Shown here one piece after another: positions 11,206 through 24,023 of a stretch of 32,000 nucleotides of DNA. The stretch comes from Candidatus Saccharimonadota bacterium (GTDB lineage: Bacteria > Patescibacteriota > Gracilibacteria > BD1-5 > UBA2023). The position numbers were made by a program, and so were the translations under genes. The notes beneath the pieces are model-generated. The model was not told the DNA's origin. It saw only the letters and a program-made list of their open reading frames with translations, and did not search any database. The stretch lies in NCBI GenBank assembly GCA_963706795.1, contig OY970170.1, positions 510,001 through 542,000 of the forward strand, written 5' to 3'. Each line of letters starts with the position of its first letter. Position 1 is the stretch's first letter.

Positions 11206-11312
11206 TTGTTTTTGTTATGTTCGGACTATTCCATCACTCTCTTGCAATATTGTCAAACAAGTCGTGCAAAAAAGATAATTCCCCCTATAGTCTCACCACG
11301 TAATTTCCGTCC

Positions 11313-12482
11313 ATGCGCTATCCAGTACTTACTCTCAAGCCCGAAAAAGAAGCCTCTCTTCGCAACGGTCACCGATGGATATTTTCAGGCGCAGTCGATC
11401 ATGTTGAAGATGTCGAAAATGGATCTATTGTCGCTGTTAAAAATGCCCGCGGCGAGCTCGTAGGCTTTGGAACGTACCATGCATCAACTTCTATTAGTGT
11501 GCGAATACTCTCATTTGGATCAAAAGATCCACTCGAAACTCTGCGTGAAAATATTACCAAATCCGTGCAACTCAGAGCACAACTCTTCGATCCAAAGATG
11601 ACGAACGCAGTGCGCCTCATTCATTCGGAGTCTGACGGTATTCCTGGTTTAGTAGTAGACAAATATGGCGATGTTCTCGTCATCCAAATCTCTACCCTCG
11701 GCACCGAGAAGCTCAAACCAATCATCCTCGAAACCCTCGAGAAACTCATAGGACCTCGGACCATTCTCGAAAAATCAGACATGCCTTCACGTAAAGAAGA
11801 AGGACTCGAACCATTTGAATGATTGATTATGGGGCAAAAGGTTGAGCGAATCACTGTACTCGAAAATGGTATGAAATTTGAGGTGGATTTCAGTGGCCAA
11901 AAGACCGGATTTTTCTTGGATCAAAGAGAAGAACGCAACCTCATTCGCAGTCTTGCAAACGGGAAAAAAGTATTAAATGCCTTCGGATATACTGGTGGTT
12001 TTAGTATCGCAGCCCATACAGGATGAGCGACACGAGTAGACACACTCGACATCTCATCAGCTGCCATCGAGCAGGCCAAAAAAAATCTCTCGATCAATGG
12101 ATTTGATGCAAATCAGCATGGATTTTTTGCTGAGGATGCATTTAGTTTTTTGCGAGAGAAGCCACTCGACTATGACATCGTCATTCTTGATCCTCCAGCC
12201 TTTGCCAAAAAGAAAGCTGATATCGAGCGAGCGACGGCTGGCTATCGCGAGATCAATGCGACCACTATGAAAAAAATGCCATCAGGATCACTTCTCCTGA
12301 CAGCATCTTGCTCGTATTTTATGGACCGTGAACTCTTTCGAAAAATGCTCTTTTTGGCGGCACGTGATGCAAAGAGAAACGTGCGTATCCTCTCGGAACA
12401 TCGCCAGGCACTTGACCATCCTGGACATCTCATGCATCCAGAGGGCGAATACCTCAAGAGCTTCTTACTGGCTATCGACTAG
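11313..12482 (+). CDS. Class I SAM-dependent rRNA methyltransferase, RlmI-like, with N-terminal PUA-like domain (389 aa)
   Basis: Three same-frame track fragments (11313, 11823, 12150) join across TGA 11820-11822 and 12024-12026. Motif I is NAFGYTGGFSIAAHTG-G-A. Motif DPPAF is present. Confidence 0.8.
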
Positions 12483-12966
12483 CCGGAAGATAGCGACGAA
12501 TATAGCGCGAAAGAAGAATATAGTAGGCCACAAACGGCAAATGTCCCGCGATCACCGAGCTAATAATGGCTCACGTACCAAATGAATCTATTCCGAGAAG
12601 AAATTCGATCTTTGAGACAAATGAGCTCGGATTTCCAAGGACTGTTTGTGCGACCAAATACCCGATTTGTGCGAGATAGACTAAGAGAAGTGTGATCCCA
12701 TAAAAAAAGATAGTCGAGAGGAATGGGATATTTTCGGGTGTTGATACATGTGCAGCGAGCTTTATGCGTGAGTCTGCGATCATCAAAGCCAGCATAACCA
12801 AAAGGACCTTCGCAAAGATTTCAAAGAAAGGAATATCCGCAAACATCGGCAATGCCTTCGAAAAAGCAAAAAGTCCTATATAGAGGGTTGTTGTAAGAAG
12901 TGCAGCATGTGAAGCAATGCGAAGTGCGACCTGCGAATCATCGAGATCAGTGGGGAGATTTTTCAT
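12472..12966 (-). CDS. Integral membrane protein, hypothetical (164 aa)
   Basis: Track ORF 12571..12966 stops at TGA 12571-12573. Reading through adds a hydrophobic tail (G-AIISSVIAGHLPFVAYYILL...) to TAG 12472-12474. It converges on and overlaps the methyltransferase gene by 11 nt. Confidence 0.5.
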
Positions 12967-13040
12967 GCTCGAATTATAGAGAGCGTCCTGATCTCTCCAA
13001 GTTTAAAGAAGCTTCGCATGAGGATTCTTTAAAAATATAT

Positions 13041-13093
13041 TTGCATCTCATATTTTATTTTATATAGTACTTTGTATTACAAGGTACTATATA
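13041..13093 (+). promoter_or_regulatory. Candidate sigma70-type promoter overlapping a 33-bp palindromic operator upstream of the PadR gene
   Basis: TTGCAT (13041-46), N16, TATAGT (13063-68). Palindrome TATATAGTACTTTGTA-T-TACAAGGTACTATATA at 13061-13093 matches 15 of 16 arm positions and ends at the PadR ATG. Confidence 0.45.
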
Positions 13094-13422
13094 TGTCAGA
13101 AAACTGAAAAGTCACAACCCAGATGCGCAAGGGCATCCTCGAATACGCAATACTGCTCGTCATAGCGAAGGGCGACGCGTATTCATCGGATATATTGCGA
13201 ATTCTCACAGAACAGAAACTCATAGTGGTAGAAGGCACGCTCTATCCACTCCTCTCGCGACTCAAGACCGATGGTTTTGTTTCCTATACCTGGATCGAAT
13301 CCCAAAATGGACCTCCTCGTAAATATTACCGCCTCACCGAATCATGACGCGAGCTCCTCATGCTCATGCAATCGGTCTGGAAGGAGCTTTCGCAAGCCGT
13401 AGAAGGTATTCGTTCACTCTAA
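13093..13422 (+). CDS. PadR-family transcriptional regulator (109 aa)
   Basis: Winged-HTH core ILEYAILLVI...GTLYPLLSRLKTDGFV...RKYYRLTES-G-RELL. In-frame TGA at 13105 and 13345. TAA at 13420-13422. An alternative start is ATG 13123. Confidence 0.85.
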
Positions 13423-13432
13423 TTTTTCATTT

Positions 13433-14956
13433 ATGTCACTCTTTGTCGCCTCACGCCTTTACGAACTTCCTTCCGAAGAGGCAAAAGTTATCCAAGACTA
13501 TCTCAGTCGGGTCCGCAGATATATCAATGCCCACAATCTCGGAGACGAGCTCATCGATGACCTCGAGAGTAATCTCGCCGAAAAACTCGATGCCATTCTC
13601 GCTCAAAAAAGCCATGGACTCAAGGATATTCTCACAGCAATCCAATCACTCGGAGAGCCTGAAGAAGTTTTCGCATTTGAAGAAACTTCCACACGATCTC
13701 ACGAATCCAAGTGAGATGGAATGAAGAGTATAAAATCGTTCATGAGCCGCCCTTGGAAGCGAAGCCAAACAGATAAGATTTTCTTTGGAGTCTGTGGCTG
13801 ATTCGCCGAAGAACTCTGAGTAGATGCAATCTGGCTTCGAATCCTCTTCATTCTCCTAGCCTTTGCGAGCGGATTTGGAATCCTCCTCTATATCATCCTC
13901 ATTTTTCTTATGGAAAAAAATATGAAGCAGCTTGGTTCAGAAATACAGACTATCAGCGACAAAATTACTCCCGAGCTCCAAGAAGTTGGTCGCAAAATGA
14001 GCAGCAAAAGCGGAGCACTCATGGAATTATTTGAGCGAATAATCGAACTCGCTATCCGAGTATTCTCTGGATTATTTGGACTCTGGGCACTTGGTATCAC
14101 TGTAGCGATCAGCATATTTATTGGAATGGCACATACCAATCTGATTATCGGAAATATGGATATCGGTGGAGCATTTCCAGATTCACTCTATCCTGCACTT
14201 TTTTTCGCATTTGCATGTATATTTGTACTGATGATTTGTTTCTTTGCACGCATGGTCGGCAAGCGAGTTTGGTCACTCATATCACTTGGCCTCATACTCG
14301 GACTGCTTATGATATCTGTCAGTCTCTGAGCGCGAACAGTTACTGCAGGGCTCAGTAAATACAACACCGAATCTGTGATCACCAAAACAGCAACGCTCAC
14401 AGGAATCAAAGACGGTGTATATGAGCTACAGTACAAGCATCGCAATCAATTCTATTCTCCTGATCGACACATCAATATCGTCACAGGAAGTGGCTCGGCA
14501 AGTGGCACCATCACTATCCGATCAGATATCAGTGGATGGGGAAGTAGTGCCGATACTGTCAAAGCAATACTCGCACATTTTATCCCTGCAGAAGGTCGCA
14601 TTGATGGTAACATGTTGATTCTTGGACGAAATACGAATAATCTCTTCGATCAGGTGAGTCCGTTTGTATTCCCAAGCGAATATATCACGATCGTAGTGCC
14701 ACCAGGAATTATCGTACATGAAGAATGATACGCCCGTGAACAAGAATACAATAGACGAATGCTCCAAGAGCGAAGATCTGATCGTATCAAAAGTAAGAAT
14801 ATATCTCGCATATCTGAAGATATCGACAATGAAACCTCTGATATAGAAACAGATTCAGCTCCCGAAGAAAATTCAAGTGGTATGGTCACTCCAGTCCCCG
14901 CTATGCCAGTCATACCTCCATCAGTACCACGAAGCATGACAGGAACTATAAAATAG
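13433..14956 (+). CDS. HAAS(DUF1700)-PspC-domain membrane protein with C-terminal beta-rich (toastrack-like) region (507 aa)
   Basis: Four same-frame track fragments (13433, 13910, 14375, 14759) join across five TGA. PspC motif KIFFGVCG-G-FAEEL-G-VDAIWLRILFILL has TGA at 13799 and 13817. Several TM helices follow. TAG at 14954-14956. It lies immediately downstream of PadR. Confidence 0.8.
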
Positions 14957-14960
14957 CAAA

Positions 14961-14990
14961 AACATCCTCCCATGAATGGGAGGATGTTTT
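14961..14990. terminator. Bidirectional intrinsic terminator between convergent genes
   Basis: Stem aacatcctccc / gggaggatgtt with loop atgaat, flanked by A and T runs. Confidence 0.6.
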
Positions 14991-15822
14991 ACATAAAGCG
15001 GAAATACGAATCTTTGAATTGAACCATAAACTCAATGAAGTTGAGTTTAAAATCAGTATATCCCTGCTGATCACTCGTCATATATGGATCTTTGAGGTGG
15101 TCAAAATGGATATATTTTAACCCCTTTTCGAGTGAGCTCGAAAACCAGTGATCAATAAGACCAGTCCCTGCTTGAAGCGGCTTTGCTTCTCGAGATGTAA
15201 ATGCGACGAGGTGAACGCTTGTGGCACCCGAATCATGCACGGCAAGCCCAGCAACTGGCTTATCACCCTGATATGCTAAGAAGCATCGAACTGTACTCTC
15301 ATCAACCGAGCAAAGCGATCTAAGGTATCGGACATAGTCCTTCTTAAACGCGTGGGTTACTTTCGTGGATAAGAATGCCTCAGCCATCACTTCACTCGAA
15401 ACTTGTTTGATACTGAGATCAGGATTTGCGAGGAATTTTTTACGAGCGCGCTTCGCACGGTCATTCCATTTTTTAGAATAATCAGCTGTTAGCGTCGTAA
15501 AACCCGTCGTAATGAAGTGAGAACCAGGGATCATGAGCCGTCTCCAAGGCTTTGGAATGGTTACCGTCTTCCACGGCACCCAAATAACAATACCATGCTT
15601 AAATCCGAGTTTTTTGAGAAGCTCGAGGTCTGGCTCTTCGCTGATACGTTCAAACTTAGCAACCTGGAAAAGCCCGAAGACATTCTTGAGCCAACCATAC
15701 TGCTTCTTGCCAGTATCCACCAAAGCGAGACCGCATTTCTCGAGGTATTTTCGATAAGTCGGTGAGCTTGTTCGAAAGTAGTAAAAGTCATCAGGTGTAT
15801 CCTGACGTTCGAGATGCTGCAT
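14989..15822 (-). CDS. FemAB-like / GNAT-fold (Acetyltransf_6-type) transferase
   Basis: Intact ORF with no TGA. ATG at 15820-15822 is preferred (MQHLERQD...). The general FemAB/GNAT pattern in the C-terminal half (LAYQGDKPVAGLAVHDSGATSVHLVAFTS) is recalled from memory, not searched. Confidence 0.55.
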   Translation of the reverse strand: MQHLERQDTPDDFYYFRTSSPTYRKYLEKCGLALVDTGKKQYGWLKNVFGLFQVAKFERISEEPDLELLKKLGFKHGIVIWVPWKTVTIPKPWRRLMIPGSHFITTGFTTLTADYSKKWNDRAKRARKKFLANPDLSIKQVSSEVMAEAFLSTKVTHAFKKDYVRYLRSLCSVDESTVRCFLAYQGDKPVAGLAVHDSGATSVHLVAFTSREAKPLQAGTGLIDHWFSSSLEKGLKYIHFDHLKDPYMTSDQQGYTDFKLNFIEFMVQFKDSYFRFM

Positions 15823-15830
15823 ACGTAAAA

Positions 15831-15860
15831 ATAAAAAAATCACCCCGTTAAGAGGTGACT
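15831..15860 (-). terminator. Intrinsic terminator ending the rRNA-tRNA transcription unit
   Basis: Minus strand reads GTCACCTCTTAACGGGGTGA followed by TTTTTTTATTTTT, just 3' of tRNA-Val(UAC). Confidence 0.6.
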
Positions 15861-15876
15861 TTGTTTGAATATGAAA

Positions 15877-15953
15877 TGGTGGGTAATATAGGATTCGAAC
15901 CTATGACCCTCTGCTTGTAAGGCAGATGCTCTAACCAACTGAGCTAATTACCC
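15877..15953 (-). tRNA. tRNA-Val(UAC), CCA encoded
   Basis: Hand-folded cloverleaf GGGTAAT/ATTACCC. Anticodon arm TCTGC-CTTACAA-GCAGA. T-arm CATAGGTTCGAATCCTATA. Confidence 0.9.
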
Positions 15954-15992
15954 ATAAATTTAGAGTGCGTTTCCGATAAATCGAGCAAAAAA

Positions 15993-16069
15993 TGGTGGGT
16001 CATACTAGGCTCGAACTAGTGACCTCTTGCATGTCGAGCAAGCGCTCTAACCAACTGAGCTAATGACCC
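15993..16069 (-). tRNA. tRNA-Val(GAC), CCA encoded, with C instead of U at position 33
   Basis: Acceptor GGGTCAT/ATGACCC. Anticodon arm CTTGC-TCGACAT-GCAAG. The loop reads U-C-GAC-A-U. Confidence 0.8.
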
Positions 16070-16090
16070 GAAACAATTTGGAATCTGAAA

Positions 16091-16167
16091 TGGTGCCCGA
16101 GGCGGGACTCGAACCCACGACCTTCAGCTTAGAAGGCTGCTGCTCTATCCAGCTGAGCTACTCGGGC
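16091..16167 (-). tRNA. tRNA-Arg(UCU), CCA encoded
   Basis: Acceptor GCCCGAG/CTCGGGC. Anticodon loop CTTCTAA. T-arm GTGGGTTCGAGTCCCGC. Confidence 0.9.
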
Positions 16168-16181
16168 GTATTCTCCTCAAT

Positions 16182-16295
16182 CTTGGCGTTTACCGACTCT
16201 CCCACCGTTAAGACGGCAGTACCATAGGCACGACAAAGCTTAACTTCTGTGTTCGGGATGGGAACAGGTGTACCCTTTGCGTATTAAACACCAAG
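16182..16295 (-). rRNA. rrf: 5S rRNA
   Basis: Reverse complement reads CTTGGTGTTTAATACGC...CCCATCCCGAACACAGAAGTTAAGC...GGGAGAGTCGGTAAACGCCAAG. Helix I is formed by the two ends. Confidence 0.85.
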
Positions 16296-16474
16296 ATCGA
16301 AGAGAAAATGACTCCGAGGAATGGATCTCGTACGAGAGATAGATGATGAGAGAAGCAGGAGTGTGTGAGTCAGTCTTGCGACTGACTCTGTGCTCTTTTC
16401 CTGAAAATTGTGGAGAGAACTATGCGCTCTGACATGCGATTAACGAAAGTATCATTTGATACGCCATCAACTTG

Positions 16475-19521
<3,047 letters not shown>

Positions 19522-19951
19522 TTATATTCTGGCTTATGATTCTCTTTGATGGTTTGTTGAGTTTTGTAACAAAACGATACTTTGTTTGGAATTCATGTTT
19601 AATGGAATGGAGCTTTCTGACGTTTGTTTGAGTTGGACTTGCGTCCTTCTCAGTCTTTGGTCTTGTGCTTTGTGTCCGTTATGTGAATTGCAATTGTTTT
19701 TCGCATGTTTAGTTTTGTATATATGCCCTTTTGTGAAGCATATATACGCGTTTATTTTACTTAGTTACTCTTCACGACATTCTTCGTGTTTCTCTCATCG
19801 TCTATTTCTCGTACGTAGATGTTAAGGGGCATTGAGGCCTTACCTCACACACCAGAAGACGAAGTTGATTCCTTGAGAGAAAAAGAGACAGAGTCTGATT
19901 GTAGATCTTGATGCAGAGCATGGTTGATCGGATCAGTGTCAGATACAGATT

Positions 19952-21427
<1,476 letters not shown>

Positions 21428-21600
21428 TAGTTGCCTGTAAGAATTCTCTATTCAGAGGCCTCCGGAAGGGAGCGTGAATAGAGGAGGGTCTACACAGGAC
21501 TTTTTTGATTGTGTACTTGTTGTATCTTTCTCTCAAGAAGACTTCGTCTTCTTGTGTGCGGGTTAAGGAGCAAATTTCGGGACAGCCCCGAAACGTGGTG

Positions 21601-21630
21601 AATTTATATAGAGAAAGTGATGAGAGTCAA
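21601..21630 (-). promoter_or_regulatory. Candidate rRNA operon promoter
   Basis: Minus strand reads TTGACT (21625-21630), N16, TATAAA, with an A-rich UP-like tract upstream. It lies about 175 nt before the 16S 5' end. Confidence 0.4.
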
Positions 21631-21780
21631 AAGTTTTTCGACCTTTTTCTTCACAAAATCTTTGCAATAAGAAAATGACGCCATTTTTTATCATAAATAC
21701 TCCTTTATATGGAGCGCTTTTTTAATGGGTGTATTTAGAGGTATTTAATCCCTTCATTTAGAGACAAAAGAAGCTCTTAA

Positions 21781-21812
21781 AATCCTCCACTTAAAGGTGG
21801 AGGATTTTATTA
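21781..21812 (-). terminator. Intrinsic terminator after the acidic hypothetical gene
   Basis: Stem aatcctccac / gtggaggatt with loop ttaaag. The minus strand is followed by TTTTAAG. Confidence 0.55.
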
Positions 21813-21829
21813 AATACTCTTTGGGAGAA

Positions 21830-22489
21830 TTATACTGCCATCGCGGAGAGTCTTTTTCGTATATGTTCTGACTCTATTTCGTGCAATTCTGTAAGCTGAA
21901 TATCGATAATATCCAGAATTTCATCGTATTCTGTAAGTTCATGATCCATAGATACATATATGTCGCGCAGTTTTTGAATCTCAGGTTCCGTAAGGTTTGA
22001 GTCTTGAATCATTGTGCAAAGCCCCTCGCTATTCTCCTCATAATCATTCGACAATCGTGGGGTGCGTCCAAGAACTCATTCAAAAATTTCACACTTCTGA
22101 TCAAAACGAAGCTGACGAATAGCCTCAGTAATAACTTCATCTGATGGATCTTGGTAGAATAGATCGGTGAGGATATCTATATATTCCGGACGCACTTTGA
22201 TATCATCTAGAAGTCGCCGCTTCATTTCATTAGAGGCTCCACAATAAAAGAATTCGATGAGATCATCTTCATGTCCGAGCTTTCCGTCGTGAAGGATCTC
22301 AAGTATACGCTCAAGTACACGACTTTGGATTTGTCAGTCACTCGTTTCTGAAAGAATGATCTTAATATTCGAAGCATCTGCCTCTGGCATTGAGAGAATC
22401 TTAAGTGCCAATTCCTTTTTTTCGACATCATTAAAAGGAAGACGTTCGAATTCGTCCATACCAAGGTCGACAGAATTTTTAAGATGCAT
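21830..22489 (-). CDS. Acidic hypothetical protein (219 aa)
   Basis: Track fragment 21830..22054 extends upstream in frame through TGA at 22076-22078 and 22334-22336 to ATG 22487-22489. I checked every codon and found no TAA or TAG. The protein is Asp/Glu-rich and helical-looking, with no recognised domain. Confidence 0.55.
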
Positions 22490-22555
22490 GAAGGAGATAG
22501 ATGAATAAACTCTAAATAAATATCTGAATTAAGCAAGCTCGCACCTAAAACAAAA

Positions 22556-22587
22556 AATAACCCAGGTTTTAAAACCTGGGTTATTTT
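22556..22587 (-). terminator. Intrinsic terminator after the intron-containing tRNA
   Basis: Minus strand reads AAAATAACCCAGGTTTTAAAACCTGGGTTATTTTTTG, 14 nt past the tRNA CCA end. Confidence 0.6.
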
Positions 22588-22643
22588 GAATGTCGAATTA
22601 TGGTGGGCCCACCTGGGATTGAACCAGGGACCAATCGGTTATG

Positions 22644-23327
22644 CATCCCACTTCGACTTTCGTCGCCTCTTTCGAGTTCGTGGTCTGGACTATCCCTTCA
22701 CCCACATGGGGTGTCTGCCGTCTAGTCTCTACACCTGCCTTCGCTGAAGCTTCGGCAGGCAAGCCTGCTATGAATCCTACTTTAGTAGAAGCCCCCCACA
22801 GTAGATTGCCTGCAATCCGTAGACTTGGCGAAGGATTGGCTCGGGATTACCACGTAATATTACAGAGGCTTCCCCGAATTTGACAGATATTCACCAGTAA
22901 ATTGCTCTACTGGTAGCCCTTGACGCTGAATCATATTCAATATTATGCAGTTATGATTGATAACATAACTTGCTCCATATGCTCATGCGAGCTTTCTGGA
23001 AAGCAGAAAAAATTTTGTTCTATAGCCTGTAAAAACAAGGCGCATCAGAGTTATTTTCAACAAAAGGAACGTTGACTAGAAAGAAAGATTCTTCTTATCA
23101 AGAGATTCTGAAGTTGTTGTCATACCTGTGGCTACAAGAAAAATCTCGCAGCTCTGGCATTCCATCATAGAGACGGAAAAGAAAAAGATTTTAAGCTTGA
23201 TATGCGCTCACTTTCCAATCGCACTTTAGACGCTGTGGAGTGAGAGCTCCGAAAGTGTATTTTGCTGTGCCATAATTGCCACGCAGAGACACACCATCCA
23301 GAATTGAACTTAGATTCAACGTTTTTA
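22644..23327 (-). mobile_element. Group I intron (IC3-like, tRNA-intron type), 684 nt, in the anticodon loop
   Basis: Minus-strand core motifs match the Azoarcus/Anabaena tRNA introns as I recall them. GTCAAATTCGGGGAAGCC is at 22867-22884. GGTAATCCCGAGCCAATCC is at 22833-22851. GGTGTAGAGACTAGACGG is at 22718-22735. GGGATAGTCC is at 22687-22696. The intron ends ...GGGATG (terminal G at 22644). Confidence 0.8.
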
Positions 23328-23342
23328 AGCCGACTGCTCTAA
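22953..23342 (+). CDS. HNH homing-endonuclease-like protein (129 aa), encoded antisense to the intron
   Basis: ATG 22953 and TAA 23340-23342. Three in-frame TGA at 23073, 23109 and 23241. Motifs: CSICSC...FCSIACKNKA, RF-G-SCCHTCGY, LAFHHRDGKEKDF, LLCHNCHAETHH. The last 15 nt overlap tRNA exon 1 on the other strand. Confidence 0.8.
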
Positions 23343-23378
23343 CCACTGAGCTATAGGCCCGTTAAAAACGGCAGGACG

Positions 23379-23405
23379 AGTATATAAAAAGATCGCCAAA
23401 GTCAA
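23379..23405 (-). promoter_or_regulatory. Candidate promoter of the split tRNA gene
   Basis: Minus strand reads TTGACT (23400-23405), N15, TATACT (23379-23384), about 20 nt upstream of the tRNA 5' end. Confidence 0.3.
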
Positions 23406-23496
23406 AACAAGTCAGGCCACAACTCCACTCACCGTCTAATATATTGAAAAAAGTGACAACTTCCCTATTCTGCATGCAATAATTATTTAGCAAAAT

Positions 23497-23997
23497 ATGA
23501 GCGAAGTGATCCTTCTATCGGTGAGACAGCATGGCATCAAGCTCTTTTTGCGACTTCCTCGATGGATTGTTTTTGGAACAATTGCCGGAGTTCTCGTCGG
23601 AGTTTCGACTGCTTCTTGGACACTTGGAGCTGTAACTGGAATAGCAACCCTTACTGTCGGCGTAGCTCTGGAGTGGAATCGCTTCAAGCGCTCAACGCTC
23701 GACATTACCAATACCCGCGTCTATCTACAGGTATCAAAGGGGCTCCTGAGTGGATTTGAAGCAGGACTGCATTACAAGCAGATTAAAAATTGTACCTTTC
23801 GTAAACAGCACTTACTACATACGCTCACAAATTCTGGCACGCTCTATCTCCGAGCTGGTGCGGATGAAAAGGAGCAGATCATCGCTGAATACGTACCAAA
23901 CGTCGAAAAAATCTCCAAAGCCATTAACTGGATGCTTGCACTCAGTGAAGATGCTCGCATGCATCTCGAGTCTATTCCGACACATGGAGCAAAATAA
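23497..23997 (+). CDS. Membrane protein with bacterial PH (bPH_2/YdbS-like) domain (166 aa)
   Basis: Intact ORF with two N-terminal TM helices. These are followed by the pattern STLDITNTRVYLQVSKGLLSGFEAGLHYKQIKNCTFRKQHLLHTLTNSGTLYL, typical of bPH_2. Confidence 0.6.
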   Translation: MSEVILLSVRQHGIKLFLRLPRWIVFGTIAGVLVGVSTASWTLGAVTGIATLTVGVALEWNRFKRSTLDITNTRVYLQVSKGLLSGFEAGLHYKQIKNCTFRKQHLLHTLTNSGTLYLRAGADEKEQIIAEYVPNVEKISKAINWMLALSEDARMHLESIPTHGAK

Positions 23998-24023
23998 AAT
24001 CTCCCCGAATTCGGGGAGATTTT
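23997..24023. terminator. Bidirectional intrinsic terminator
   Basis: Perfect palindrome aaatctccccg-aatt-cggggagattt between convergent genes. Confidence 0.65.

Larger units (their letters stand above)
22601..23360 (-). tRNA. Split tRNA with predicted CAU anticodon (tRNA-Ile2/elongator-Met-like body). Exons are 23328..23360 and 22601..22643.
   Basis: Exon 1 is GGGCCTATAGCTCAGTGGTTAGAGCAGTCGGCT. Exon 2 is CATAACCGATTGGTCCCTGGTTCAATCCCAGGTGGGCCCACCA. Joined, they give a 76-nt cloverleaf with a 7-bp acceptor stem, a 5-nt variable loop and anticodon loop CU-CAU-AA. From memory, the body resembles E. coli tRNA-Ile2 (TAGCTCAGTGGTTAGAGCAG...TCATAA...TGGTC...GGTTCAA). Confidence 0.8.

Noticed and set aside
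16300-16474. Possible small RNA or tRNA in the 5S-23S spacer (9-bp hairpin GAGTCAGTC-TTGC-GACTGACTC near 16369-16390)
   Set aside because: No cloverleaf can be drawn. It is most simply a spacer processing hairpin. The similar string inside the 23S (about 16585-16600) is an ordinary GNRA-capped helix.
22601-23360. Interpreting the split tRNA as tRNA-Leu(UAA) with the classic cyanobacterial-type intron, since the 5' exon is followed by CTTAAAA
   Set aside because: The variable loop is only 5 nt, so this is a class I tRNA, not Leu. A UAA or UAU anticodon would require the intron to end in C or U rather than the obligatory terminal G. The G-terminated junction gives CAU.
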